From Candidatus Magasanikiibacteriota bacterium (lineage in GTDB: Bacteria; Patescibacteriota; Patescibacteriia; Magasanikbacterales; UBA922): a DNA stretch of 61,269 bases. The stretch is taken from assembly GCA_052033375.1 (NCBI GenBank), contig JBPOJQ010000004.1:1-61269 (forward strand), in the 5' to 3' direction. This document shows positions 20,249 to 30,518 of this stretch, in pieces (the stretch's first letter is position 1; each line of letters begins with the position of its first letter). The position numbers and the translations under genes are program-made. The notes under the pieces were generated by a model. It saw only the letters and a program-made list of their open reading frames with translations, searched no databases and was not told the DNA's origin.

Positions 20249-20760
20249 TACGTTCGAACTTACGAACTAGTGCCAAAAATACGAAATAATATGCGGGAGG
20301 GACATATTTATTACGAAGAAATGATTTGTTATATCCTGAATTAAGTTTTCGTATTAATGGTATTCTGTATGAAGTCGCTCGTGAATTAGGTGGAGGTCAT
20401 CAGGAAAAATATTATCAAAAAGCGGTGGCTATAGGATTGCAAAATCAACAAATAAAATTTCAAGAATAATTTTACGCTCCTCTCGCATTTCAAGGTGAAC
20501 AGGTGGAAAAATATTTTCTTGATTTTTTAGTAGAAGATAGCATTGTGATTGAACTCAAACGAGAATTATTCATACCTCGAAAAATTATTGAATAGACGTT
20601 TCGATACCTCCAAGCCTTGGATCTCCAACTCGGCATTATTGCCTGCTTTACTAATCAAGGTGCTATCATAAAGAGAATTATTAATCAGCGATCAGTAAAA
20701 TAAAACTACTTCTAAAATTAATTTTCATACTTTCGTATTTAGTTCGTGAGTTCGAACGTA
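20249..20760. mobile_element. Inverted-repeat-bounded GxxExxY cassette inserted between lemA and htpX
   Basis: Left end tacgttcgaacttacgaacta..aaatacgaaa (20249-20286) is the inverse of right end tttcgtatttagttcgtgagttcgaacgta (20731-20760). Confidence 0.7.
20291..20703 (+). pseudogene. GxxExxY (PD-(D/E)XK-like) protein pseudogene
   Basis: LRRNDLLYPELSFRINGILYEVARELGGGHQEKYYQKA..YFLDFLVEDSIVIELK..YLQALDLQLGII; in-frame TAA at 20467 and TAG at 20593; ATG 20291 is out of frame. Confidence 0.85.
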
Positions 20761-20772
20761 AAAGAAATAATT

Positions 20773-21654
20773 ATGTATTCCCAAATTGATTCAAACAAAC
20801 GAAAGACTAGAATGCTGATTGCAATTTTTTGTGCATTCATCATTGGACTCGGCGTGCTTGGTGCAAGTTATCTCGGCCTGGGATACGAGTCTGTTCTCCT
20901 CGCTTTCATCATCTCGATCATCATGACCCTAGTGTCGTATTACAAAGGTGATGCAATTGCACTCCGATCCACCGGTGCCAAGGAAATCAGCAAAGAAGAT
21001 AATCCCTATGTGTATCGCATGGTCGAAAACCTCGCGATTGCAAATGGTATGCCGACACCGCGTGTACACATTATTGATTCTCCTGCACTGAATGCATTTG
21101 CGACTGGACGAGATCCCGAACATGCTTCAATTGCAGTCACCACAGGATTGATCAGTGCGCTTGAAAACGAAGAACTCGAAGGAGTGCTTGCACACGAACT
21201 GTCACATGTGAAAAATTATGATATTCGCGTCATGACAATCGTTATTGTCCTGGTTGGCACCGTTACACTCCTCGCAGACATGTTTTTTCGATTCGGGCTC
21301 TTTGGAGGCAAACGAAATTCTGATAATAAGGGCGGCGGAGGAATTCTTGCTATTGTCGGACTAGTACTCATTATCCTCTCCCCTATCATCGCGGAACTTA
21401 TCAAGCTAGCAGTATCACGAAAACGTGAATATCTGGCTGATGCATCGGGTGCACTCATGACACGTTATCCCGAAGGGTTGGCAAAAGCATTGGAAAAAAT
21501 TCAGCAATCAAATATACCTCTCAAAACGGCAAATTCTGCGACTGCGCATTTGTTTATTTCAAATCCGTTCAAAGGAAAAATGTTTGCTAACGCGTTTTCA
21601 ACACATCCGCCGATTGAAGAACGAATTAAGAGATTAAGAGAACACGTAACTTAA
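20773..21654 (+). CDS. htpX: Zinc metalloprotease HtpX (M48)
   Basis: NAFATGRDP, GVLAHELSHVKNYD, SRKREYLAD, STHPPIEERI; start reassigned to MYSQI. Confidence 0.95.
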   Translation: MYSQIDSNKRKTRMLIAIFCAFIIGLGVLGASYLGLGYESVLLAFIISIIMTLVSYYKGDAIALRSTGAKEISKEDNPYVYRMVENLAIANGMPTPRVHIIDSPALNAFATGRDPEHASIAVTTGLISALENEELEGVLAHELSHVKNYDIRVMTIVIVLVGTVTLLADMFFRFGLFGGKRNSDNKGGGGILAIVGLVLIILSPIIAELIKLAVSRKREYLADASGALMTRYPEGLAKALEKIQQSNIPLKTANSATAHLFISNPFKGKMFANAFSTHPPIEERIKRLREHVT

Positions 21655-21684
21655 TCTTTCTTTCACTCAAGCATAAAAACTGAT

Positions 21685-22713
21685 GTGGATATACAAATAA
21701 ATAAAAAACCTTTCTGGCAATTACTTATTACTACCTCGATTTTAGTTGTCTTGATGCCACTACCAAGACTCGGTTGCTTTGATGGTTGTGAATGGCAAAT
21801 TGCACCACTTTTTTCATCGAGTGGATTGGGTGGTATCTTTTTTGTATGGCCACTTCTTATACCCTCAGCTTTCTACGGAATTTTTTATCTCTCGCTGTTG
21901 TGGATTACCAATCAACTCTCATGGATTACCCGGTCAAAAATACGTTGGTATGTGAATGTAGTCGCTATTGCACTCATTGGCGTCTTTTCTATAAACGCTT
22001 ATACTATCCATTTCAACAAAGATGTCCGCGATATATATGAAAGTTTAAAATCAAGATACCTTGTACTCCCTCGTATAACCATCGGGATGACCCGTGAAGA
22101 AGTGCTTCGTCTATACCCTGATGCGGTTCCTAAAGACTCAGTTTATGTGTCCTTTGATACAGAAGATTTCTTTATCCATCGTGAAGGGGGACTACAAGAC
22201 TGTTTATCATTCTCTGGAACATACAGTTGCTTTAAAGAAGATCGTGTGTATATTACTATTGCCCCTCGAGTACGGAAGTATGGCGGCACAGGTGAGATAC
22301 ATGATGATTATAGTTCTACTTTAAAAAAGTATACCCTTAGTGATCTAGAGGTGTGTAACAGAATTAACACAGCACCCTGGTATATGGGGTACCCCGATGT
22401 GCCTGGCTGTTTCCGCGCTCTCGCTAAGTCGACTGGCGATGATACCTTCTGTCTCCAGGCTTCAGGAGTTTTTGATAAACAATGCTTAGAAAATTTAGGG
22501 TGGACAACCGGACGTCTTGAGGTGTGCGAGAAAATTGGTCTTAAAGAAAAATTTAGCTACCAAGACAAGAGTGAATATTATAGAGACCTATCGCATTATA
22601 ACATGTGCATACTCCACGTTGCGGATAAGCAAAATGACGTCGCCATTTGTGAAAAATTAATTCATGATGATGATCGCAAACAACAATGCATAACGATAAT
22701 AGGTGGACGCTAA
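21685..22713 (+). CDS. Hypothetical membrane protein with Cys-rich C-terminal repeats
   Basis: Three to four N-terminal TM segments; repeated C..A....D...C / LEVCEKI / VAICEKLI..KQQCI units. Confidence 0.7.
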   Translation: MDIQINKKPFWQLLITTSILVVLMPLPRLGCFDGCEWQIAPLFSSSGLGGIFFVWPLLIPSAFYGIFYLSLLWITNQLSWITRSKIRWYVNVVAIALIGVFSINAYTIHFNKDVRDIYESLKSRYLVLPRITIGMTREEVLRLYPDAVPKDSVYVSFDTEDFFIHREGGLQDCLSFSGTYSCFKEDRVYITIAPRVRKYGGTGEIHDDYSSTLKKYTLSDLEVCNRINTAPWYMGYPDVPGCFRALAKSTGDDTFCLQASGVFDKQCLENLGWTTGRLEVCEKIGLKEKFSYQDKSEYYRDLSHYNMCILHVADKQNDVAICEKLIHDDDRKQQCITIIGGR

Positions 22714-22724
22714 TCGACATTCTT

Positions 22725-22760
22725 TTTTAAAACCCCCTCCAAATGGAGGGGGTTTTAAAA
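22725..22760. terminator. Bidirectional terminator
   Basis: ttttaaaaccccctcc-aaat-ggagggggttttaaaa, perfect 16-bp stem. Confidence 0.8.
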
Positions 22761-23091
22761 TCAAACAATTCTTTATAGTTTCCCTGTACTTATCTTCTTG
22801 TGATTGGAAGTCTTTTGGCCTTTTCTCCTGCAAATCTTCAACACACGCTTGATCTTTTGATGAAACTTTCAATCTCTCAGTATCACTATCTCCCATATCA
22901 GTAATATACGCTCCAAATGCCTCAACATCATCTATACTCAAAGGATGATCTTCTTGATTATGCGCACCAAATAGCTGAATTACCTTGATCTGTTCTGAAG
23001 AGAGCTTGCCATGCTTATCCGTTACAAAACTATCAAAGTCCTTGTTATTTGAAGACACAAATGACAAAAAATAATTTTATTTATTTTCCAT
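22761..23091 (-). pseudogene. Possible degraded gene coupled to pgm
   Basis: ATG 23091 lies 2 nt after the pgm stop and reads MENK*NYFLSFVSS.. (TAA 23079-23077); the frame then runs through the terminator with no own stop. Confidence 0.35.
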
Positions 23092-23093
23092 AT

Positions 23094-24458
23094 CTAAAGT
23101 GCAATCAACCCTCTAATTTCTTCTACAATCCCCTCCATCTTCTGCTTATCGTGTGCTTCAACATTCAATCTGAGCACAGGCTCAGTATTACTTTTTCGTA
23201 CGCTGACCCAGTAGTCTGGATATTCAAATAATACTCCATCTAGTTCACTGATTTTTGCGTCTGAAAAACGTTCGGTGATTTTTTGTATCACCTCATCAGT
23301 ATGTTCTACATGAAAATTAATTTCACCTGAATGCGAATATTTCTCTAGTGTTTTCCAGAGCGCACTCAAAGGTGTCTCTGATGTCGAAAGCATAAGGAGG
23401 GTGAGCAGTAATGAAAAATCAGTTGACTCCACATCATGCGTGGCCTGATAGAACAAATGGAGTGACAACTCAGCAGCAAACACTGCTTTTTTATCTTTCA
23501 TCATCTTCTTAATATTTGCATGCCCTACCTTGCATATTTCAGTAGTTGCCCCACGCGATTCCCATGCTTCTCTTACACTTCTACTCATACGAAGATCGTA
23601 GAACATGTGCGCTCCTGGACGTAACTTTAAAATTTCAAGCCCTATCAACCCACCAACAAATGATGCAGGTACCACTTCACCCGTTTCGTCCACCAATCCG
23701 ATACGATCAGCATCACCATCAAGTGCAAACCCAAAATCTGCATTATTTTCTTTTACTTTCTTTTGTAAATCTCTCAATGTTTCCTCTTTCAGCGGATTTG
23801 CTTCGTGATTTGGGAATGTTCCATCTGGTTCGAGAAATAGATACTCAACTTCGACAGGTAATTTACTTAATAATTTTGGAATTGAAACATTTGCCATTCC
23901 GTTTCCAGCGTCGACCACGATTTTCATAGGTCGAATTTTTGACGTATCCACTAAACTCAAAATATATTCTACATACTCGTCAACTACTGCAAATGTTGAA
24001 TATTCTCCTTTTTCCTGTTTTTCTTCTCGATAATTTGAAATAATCAAATCCCTCAGTTCTTCCATTCCACTTCCCGTACCTAGTGCCAATCCATTTTCAT
24101 ACGTTAGCTTAAATCCATTGTATTCTGCAGGATTATGACTTGCAGTCACCATAATTCCCCCGGCATGTGTCGGATAATGCGCGCAGGCAAAATTGAAAAC
24201 TGGGGTCGAGGTAAGACCAATATCAACGACTGATACACCGGCCGCCTGAATTCCTTCGATTACTTTTTTTGCAAATGGTACACTGGTAGGCCGCATATCG
24301 TAACCGACCACCACAGAGCGACCTTCGAGTACCGCCCCTCTCTTCTTCAGCACACACACAAATGCATGGCCAATGTGCCACGCCAAATCTTCTGAAAGTT
24401 CTGATTCTGCCAGTCCGCGGATGTCATATGCCTTAAATATGTGTTTTGGGTAGATCAT
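23094..24458 (-). CDS. Phosphomannomutase/phosphoglucomutase
   Basis: FKAYDIRG, VTASHNPAEYNG (phospho-Ser), DGDADR, SNTEPVLRLNVE; start reassigned to MIYPK. Confidence 0.95.
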   Translation of the reverse strand: MIYPKHIFKAYDIRGLAESELSEDLAWHIGHAFVCVLKKRGAVLEGRSVVVGYDMRPTSVPFAKKVIEGIQAAGVSVVDIGLTSTPVFNFACAHYPTHAGGIMVTASHNPAEYNGFKLTYENGLALGTGSGMEELRDLIISNYREEKQEKGEYSTFAVVDEYVEYILSLVDTSKIRPMKIVVDAGNGMANVSIPKLLSKLPVEVEYLFLEPDGTFPNHEANPLKEETLRDLQKKVKENNADFGFALDGDADRIGLVDETGEVVPASFVGGLIGLEILKLRPGAHMFYDLRMSRSVREAWESRGATTEICKVGHANIKKMMKDKKAVFAAELSLHLFYQATHDVESTDFSLLLTLLMLSTSETPLSALWKTLEKYSHSGEINFHVEHTDEVIQKITERFSDAKISELDGVLFEYPDYWVSVRKSNTEPVLRLNVEAHDKQKMEGIVEEIRGLIAL

Positions 24459-24541
24459 ATAGAAATTAATTTCGATTGATTTTAGAGTGAAATTAGTATA
24501 TACTACCCTACGCAGAAAAAGCAATCTTATGAGCTAATTTT

Positions 24542-27154
24542 ATGGATGCACAAAAACTTCTTGATAATTTTTCAACACATTTAAAAAATACTATCGCGCG
24601 ATCAATTGCTCTGGCTGCACGCCTGAGGAAAACACAAGTCGAAATTCCTCATCTTCTTCATGCGCTTACCGAAGAATCCGGAAGTATTGGAAGTGAGCTT
24701 CTGAAAAAATTTTCAATTACCCCAGAACTTATCAGCTCGCACCTCCCACATCATTTTGAAGAACAGGATACTACTACCCACAAAACGTCCGCCGGTGTTT
24801 CTGCTCAAGTACCTAATTTGAGCGAACAATCACGAAGCGCTCTTGAAAAAGCACTTCTTCGTGCACACGAGGAAGGGCACTCATACATTGGCACCGAACA
24901 TCTACTCTCCGGTATCTTATCTCTGCAAAATAAAGAAATACAGGAATTATGTGCAACCCTCTCAATCAATGTGAATGAGCTCAATAGTCAGATTGATATT
25001 TCTTTCCATAATGCAGAAAAATTCACTCAAATGGGAGAGGTGATGGAAATATTTGAAGAAATACAAGGCGCTCCACTCGAAACCCCTCGCGAAGAAGATA
25101 CACACGAAGAATCAATGCCAGAAAATAACGCGCCAGAAGTCGCGCCCACCTCTCTCTCTCGTGACCGCAAACAAACGTCAGCTGTTGCATTATTTACCAC
25201 AAATCTTACTCATCGCCAGTATACCGAAAAAATTGATCCGGTAATTGGGCGCGACGACGAGATTGAGCGGATGATCAACATACTTTCGCGCAGAAATAAA
25301 AATAATCCTATTTTGGTAGGAGAACCAGGTGTGGGAAAAACCGCAATTGTAGAAGGGCTTGCACGACGAATCGGAGAAGGAGACGTGCCTGATATTTTAA
25401 AACGGAAAAAAATTCTCTCCCTTGATCTTACACTTCTCGTTGCAGGTACCATCTACCGTGGAGAATTCGAAGCGCGACTTAAATCTATTATTGATGAATG
25501 TGCCAAAAATCCAAATTATATTCTTTTTATTGACGAATTGCATAATATTATCGGTGCAGGATCCAATCAGGGCACAATGGATGCGGCAAATATTTTGAAA
25601 CCTGCTCTCGCGCGCGGACAATTACGCTGTATCGGTGCAACTACCTATGATGAATACAAAAAATATATTTCATCCGACCCTGCACTTGAAAGACGATTTC
25701 AAAAAATCGACGTCGACGAACCAAACCGTGACGAAGTACTCACGATTCTCACAGGTGTACGGAAACAATATGAAAAATACCACCATGTACATATTCTCGA
25801 TAGTGCACTTGCGGAAGCAGTCCGGCTGAGTAACCGATATATCCACGATAATTTCCAACCTGACAAAGCGATTGATCTGATTGATGAAGCGGCCAGTTCG
25901 GTAAAGACCAAACAAAAAACACCTATTCCTGTCGCAAAACTGGAAACACTTGAAAAAAAACTAGAAGAATATACTGAAAAGAAAAATCAAGCGATTGCAT
26001 CAGAACGACTCAAAGACGCTGCTAAAATCAAAGATACCATAACTGCGCTTGAGAAAAAAATACTTATTGCAAAAAAAGCTGCAGAAAAAAATGCAAAGAA
26101 AAAAATAATATCTGCCCCCATAGTAAGTGAGGAGCATGTACGCGATGTGTTGAGTAAAAAGATGCACATTGACCGCGATATACTCAATCAAAATGAATGG
26201 GATCGTCTAAAAATGCTGAAAGAAAAACTCACGCATCATATTATCGGACAAGACGAGGTATTGGAAGAAGTTGTGGAGACTTTGAAAATGTCCGAACTCG
26301 GTATCCGAGATCACAAAAAACCATATGCATCGTTCCTCTTTACCGGACCTTCGGGAGTAGGAAAAACAGAACTTGCAAAACGACTTGCTGAGGAACTCTA
26401 TCACGATGAGAAGGCATTCATCCGACTTGATATGGGTGAATTTTCTGAGGGACATAGCACAGCAAAACTCCTCGGATCTCCTGCTGGATATATCGGATAC
26501 AAAGATCGCAATCCATTTCTGGAGAAATTAAAATTACGCCCCTACTCTGTCTTGTTATTTGATGAAATTGATAAAGCGCATCCTGACGTAATGAAATTAT
26601 TACTTCAAATTCTTGATGAGGGGGAAATTAGTGACACGAATGGAAAAAAAGTAAAACTCACACATTCAATCATTATTCTCACCTCAAACATTGGCGCAGA
26701 ATTATACAAATCGCAAGGAATTGGTTTTGGTGACACGCGTACCAGTAACATCGAAAGTAGAAAAACTCTGGAAAAAGTGATTATGTCAAAACTCAAGGAA
26801 GGATTCTCATCCGCACTCATGAGCAGAATCAGCGCAACGTGCGTATTCAATCAACTCACCGAGGTAGACGTACGAAATATTATCTTAAAACACATTGCAA
26901 AACTCAGTGATTCTCTGACTGAGAGTCAGCATATTGCCATCGCAACAGATACAGCTGCCCTTGATGCCCTCGCCCGCGAAACACGAGACAAAGACTTGGG
27001 TGCTCGAAATATCGAACGAAAACTGGAGCGTATTATTGAAGAACTTGTCATTACGGTACTCGGAAAAAAATCTACAAAACAGAGTAGTGGTCCTCGTGAA
27101 AAAAAGAAAACATACACACTCACTCGTAAAAAAGATGAGTATCTCTTAAGTTAA
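24542..27154 (+). CDS. clpC: ATP-dependent Clp protease ATP-binding subunit (ClpC-like)
   Basis: Clp-N repeats (GHSYIGTEHLL), GEPGVGKT/FIDELH, GPSGVGKT/LFDEIDK, ClpP-docking IGF loop. Confidence 0.9.
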   Translation: MDAQKLLDNFSTHLKNTIARSIALAARLRKTQVEIPHLLHALTEESGSIGSELLKKFSITPELISSHLPHHFEEQDTTTHKTSAGVSAQVPNLSEQSRSALEKALLRAHEEGHSYIGTEHLLSGILSLQNKEIQELCATLSINVNELNSQIDISFHNAEKFTQMGEVMEIFEEIQGAPLETPREEDTHEESMPENNAPEVAPTSLSRDRKQTSAVALFTTNLTHRQYTEKIDPVIGRDDEIERMINILSRRNKNNPILVGEPGVGKTAIVEGLARRIGEGDVPDILKRKKILSLDLTLLVAGTIYRGEFEARLKSIIDECAKNPNYILFIDELHNIIGAGSNQGTMDAANILKPALARGQLRCIGATTYDEYKKYISSDPALERRFQKIDVDEPNRDEVLTILTGVRKQYEKYHHVHILDSALAEAVRLSNRYIHDNFQPDKAIDLIDEAASSVKTKQKTPIPVAKLETLEKKLEEYTEKKNQAIASERLKDAAKIKDTITALEKKILIAKKAAEKNAKKKIISAPIVSEEHVRDVLSKKMHIDRDILNQNEWDRLKMLKEKLTHHIIGQDEVLEEVVETLKMSELGIRDHKKPYASFLFTGPSGVGKTELAKRLAEELYHDEKAFIRLDMGEFSEGHSTAKLLGSPAGYIGYKDRNPFLEKLKLRPYSVLLFDEIDKAHPDVMKLLLQILDEGEISDTNGKKVKLTHSIIILTSNIGAELYKSQGIGFGDTRTSNIESRKTLEKVIMSKLKEGFSSALMSRISATCVFNQLTEVDVRNIILKHIAKLSDSLTESQHIAIATDTAALDALARETRDKDLGARNIERKLERIIEELVITVLGKKSTKQSSGPREKKKTYTLTRKKDEYLLS

Positions 27155-27155
27155 T

Positions 27156-28409
27156 ATGGCACCAAAAAAAAGCAACTTCGTCTCACGCCTAGCTCGCGGA
27201 GCTGCTCTTGCTTCTACCATAGGCTCGGGTCAGATTTCAGATGCAACACTGACTGAAAAAAATCAGGCATCCCAGATGTACCGCAGCCAGAATAGTGCCC
27301 GGAATAATGCGCGGCAGACTGCTACTCGTGATGAAAACGAAGAGATGGGACTCCAACTTGATGATTTGCAAGCAAGTCTCGAATCAGACGGTGTGCTCAA
27401 CCCAAATTTTCATTCTACGTCTGATGGAAATGGCGGTATCACTATACAACTGGATGTTGACGTTCCCTTCGACCGCACCACTGAGAATAGAGCCACTCCA
27501 CGCCAGAAATCTCCCACTACCCCTTCGAATCTATCACGCCAACGTCGTACTCGTCCTAGACCTCCCTATACGACACCTCCTCCCGATAATACATCACGCG
27601 AAGCCCCTGATGATGCTGTAGCGCAACCGGAGAATACTGTGGATACACCCAACAGCCCGACTGACACTCCACCGACTGATTCTACTCAGGAACTTGCAGA
27701 TACTCCCCCAGCACCTGCTCAAACTGATACTCCTTTTCCGCTCGCAGACAGCGAATCTACCTCTCCGGCAGCCTCTGGGACCAACCCAAGCGAAGACATG
27801 TACGGATCTGAAGAAGATCAAAATGCCTTTCTCGACCAGTCTCTCGCAGAAGAACAGGCACAGGAACAAGCACTGGACCAATCACGGGCACAAAAAAAAC
27901 AAAAGGCTCAAAAAAAGAAAAATCTCGAAATGAATATCTTGCAACAAACACAAGCACAAGACATGGCACAAAAACAGGACCAGCAGCTCGCACAAAAATT
28001 AAACCGTGCCATAGAAATCAAAAAAAAACTGGATAAAAAAATTCAAAATCTTGAGCACGAAAAATCTCCCCTCACCTATCAACTTCGGGCTCTACAAATT
28101 TTAAAACTATTTATTATACTTGCAAGAATTTTTGTTTTACTTCTTGCAGTCGTTTTCTTCATCACTATCCTTTTAGCCTTTATTGGATCTGCTTTATTAA
28201 CTTTTAATAGATTTTTGGGAGTTTTACAAAAAGGGCTAGGTGAAAAAATTGATGCACTAAAAGATAAAATCAAAACAATCGATGAAAAAATCGACAAAGC
28301 AGACGAAGATCGAAAAAAAGCAATTAATGTGATACAATCTATACAAAGACGAAAAAGGGTGGGTCCGCGGATGCCAGCTCAAAAATTTGATGTTCCGCAG
28401 ACATCCTAA
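27156..28409 (+). CDS. Hypothetical Pro/Thr-rich disordered protein with coiled coil and C-terminal TM hairpin
   Basis: 417-aa ORF starting 1 nt after the clpC stop; low-complexity middle region; hydrophobic LFIILARIFVLLLAVVFFITILLAF. Confidence 0.75.
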   Translation: MAPKKSNFVSRLARGAALASTIGSGQISDATLTEKNQASQMYRSQNSARNNARQTATRDENEEMGLQLDDLQASLESDGVLNPNFHSTSDGNGGITIQLDVDVPFDRTTENRATPRQKSPTTPSNLSRQRRTRPRPPYTTPPPDNTSREAPDDAVAQPENTVDTPNSPTDTPPTDSTQELADTPPAPAQTDTPFPLADSESTSPAASGTNPSEDMYGSEEDQNAFLDQSLAEEQAQEQALDQSRAQKKQKAQKKKNLEMNILQQTQAQDMAQKQDQQLAQKLNRAIEIKKKLDKKIQNLEHEKSPLTYQLRALQILKLFIILARIFVLLLAVVFFITILLAFIGSALLTFNRFLGVLQKGLGEKIDALKDKIKTIDEKIDKADEDRKKAINVIQSIQRRKRVGPRMPAQKFDVPQTS

Positions 28410-28527
28410 ATTACAAATTATTCTAATTGATCTAAAACTTCCACGGACAATAAGCGGTGACCAACGATGTTACTATCTACTTATTTCTTCGTTACTTACT
28501 GTTTGTGGATCGTTCCTAATGTATCAT

Positions 28528-29781
28528 ATGGATCGAAAGCGCTTACTTCTAATGATTGGTTTTCTCGGTATTTGTGTACTTCTCGGATTTGCAATTTATT
28601 GGGTTTTTTTTAGAAAAGCCCCTACGGGTACTGTACCTATCGAGACAGGTACACGAACTGATGGATCCACTTTTCCCCAGATAGGTGAGCGGGATACCCC
28701 GCCAATCACAGGCGGAAATACAACACTCCCCACTAATTCCCAACAGAATGGACAGACCGGGGGACAAACAGGTAGTATCGTTTCGCCAGATAGTATTACT
28801 CGACCAAATTCACAACCTCTTATTACCAAAACAGTCGATGTGAATGTGGGAAGCCCCAGTCCTGGACCACGAGGAGATGCACGATTTTATAATCGAAATG
28901 ATGGAAAATTCTATACTCTTGATCAAAATGGAGATGTCCGAGTATTAAGCGACACTGTCTTTTATAACGTGACTCAGGCAACATGGTCGCCTAAAACCAA
29001 TGAATCAGTTATTGAATATCCTGATGGATCAAATATTTACTATAATTTTGACACTAATACACAAGTAACTCTTCCAAAACACTGGGAATCTTTTTCTTTT
29101 TCTGAAGAAGGTGCCCGTATTACTGCAAAAAGCATGGGGCTCTCAGTTGATAATCGTTGGCTAATCACCAGTGATCCTACAGGTAATAACGTATCCCTCA
29201 TAGAACCTCTAGGGGACAATGCATCGAAAGTGATTGTAGATTGGTCACCAAATCGACAAGTAGTCGCACTCTCACTTACAGGAGACGAAATTGGAGGACA
29301 GCGGCAGGAAGTACTTCTAATCGGTCAAAATCACGAAAACTTCAAATCAATTGAAGTCGAAGGACGAGGTCTACAAACACAGTGGTCTCCTCAAGGAAGT
29401 AAATTACTTCATAGTGTACACAGCTCGCGAACTGATTACAAACCTGAGCTATGGATTGTGGATGCGAGTCCAGATACTGCTGGCTCCAACCGAAAACCAC
29501 TTGGTGTCAATACATGGGCATCCAAGTGTACAATGTCAGATGAGCGCACCGTGTATTGCGGAGTACCTTCTTCACTCGAAAGCGGTGCTGGATTTGCACC
29601 TGAGGTAGCCGACTTCACCCAAGATACGTTTTACCGCATAGATACAGTCACGGGAGTGCGAACAGAATTGGTTGTCGACGACGCACATGTCGTAGAATCT
29701 ATGTTTGTCAGCGGAGACGGAAGTACACTGTATTTCACTGATAAAAATCAAAGTGGATTATTCAGTATTCCGTTGAAATAA
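28528..29781 (+). CDS. Membrane-anchored beta-propeller-like (TolB/WD40-like) protein
   Basis: N-terminal TM, Gly/Thr linker, repeated WSP motifs (ATWSPK, VDWSPN, TQWSPQ); start reassigned to MDRKR. Confidence 0.75.
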   Translation: MDRKRLLLMIGFLGICVLLGFAIYWVFFRKAPTGTVPIETGTRTDGSTFPQIGERDTPPITGGNTTLPTNSQQNGQTGGQTGSIVSPDSITRPNSQPLITKTVDVNVGSPSPGPRGDARFYNRNDGKFYTLDQNGDVRVLSDTVFYNVTQATWSPKTNESVIEYPDGSNIYYNFDTNTQVTLPKHWESFSFSEEGARITAKSMGLSVDNRWLITSDPTGNNVSLIEPLGDNASKVIVDWSPNRQVVALSLTGDEIGGQRQEVLLIGQNHENFKSIEVEGRGLQTQWSPQGSKLLHSVHSSRTDYKPELWIVDASPDTAGSNRKPLGVNTWASKCTMSDERTVYCGVPSSLESGAGFAPEVADFTQDTFYRIDTVTGVRTELVVDDAHVVESMFVSGDGSTLYFTDKNQSGLFSIPLK

Positions 29782-29864
29782 ATATGACTGTGAATAATGA
29801 GTGGTAAGTAAATACAATTCATTTTCTAACTTACAACTTACTACGTAGCATCTGCCACTTCTCT

Positions 29865-30518
29865 ATGCCCCACGAACTTACACACAAAAAAATCTACGCT
29901 GTTTTTTTCCCTGCTATTCTTCTCGGAGGACTCGCACTTTTTATTCAGATTATTCGGTATCAGCCGCTCAATCCTACCAATACCGCATCTGAAAAAAATA
30001 CTCCTACTGAATTCAATATTCCAATCCTCCCAACAGACCCTGTTATTGGAAGCAAAAAATCACCACTCACAGTCGTTGCATTCGAAGATTTCTCTTGCAG
30101 TGCGTGTCGATCTCTCCAGGAATTATTTTCAAAGGTGCAGCAAAAATATCCTGAAAAAATAAAAATGATCTGGAAAGGTCTCCCAGTAAATGATTTTCCC
30201 TACCCTTCTATTAACGCACTACGATATGGCATATGTGCGCACGAACAAGAACAATTCGAAAAATTCTCAGCTTACGCTTTTTCCAATAATGACAATCTCT
30301 CGGATGCAACTCTTGAAAAAATTTCTGAAGAAATCACCATGGATGCCGAAGAATTGGCCTCATGCCTTGCGTCAGACCGCCCTGACCGCATCATTGAATT
30401 GAACAAACAAATTGCCAATACATTGAATATTCAATCTGTCCCTACGTTGTTTATAGATAATACCCAAATACAAACACCCGAATCACTCGCAGACTGGGAA
30501 CATCTACTCGGGATATGA
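29865..30518 (+). CDS. DsbA-family thioredoxin-fold protein
   Basis: TM anchor; VAFEDFSCSAC (CxxC); cis-Pro SVPTLFID. Confidence 0.9.
   Translation: MPHELTHKKIYAVFFPAILLGGLALFIQIIRYQPLNPTNTASEKNTPTEFNIPILPTDPVIGSKKSPLTVVAFEDFSCSACRSLQELFSKVQQKYPEKIKMIWKGLPVNDFPYPSINALRYGICAHEQEQFEKFSAYAFSNNDNLSDATLEKISEEITMDAEELASCLASDRPDRIIELNKQIANTLNIQSVPTLFIDNTQIQTPESLADWEHLLGI

Noticed and set aside
20467-23079. TAA/TAG reassignment to Gln, suggested by three in-frame stops at Gln-like positions
   Set aside because: TAA and TAG cleanly terminate many conserved genes here (lemA, htpX, der and topA with TAA; pgm and recG with TAG). The GxxExxY gene also has a frame defect, so pseudogenisation is the simpler explanation.
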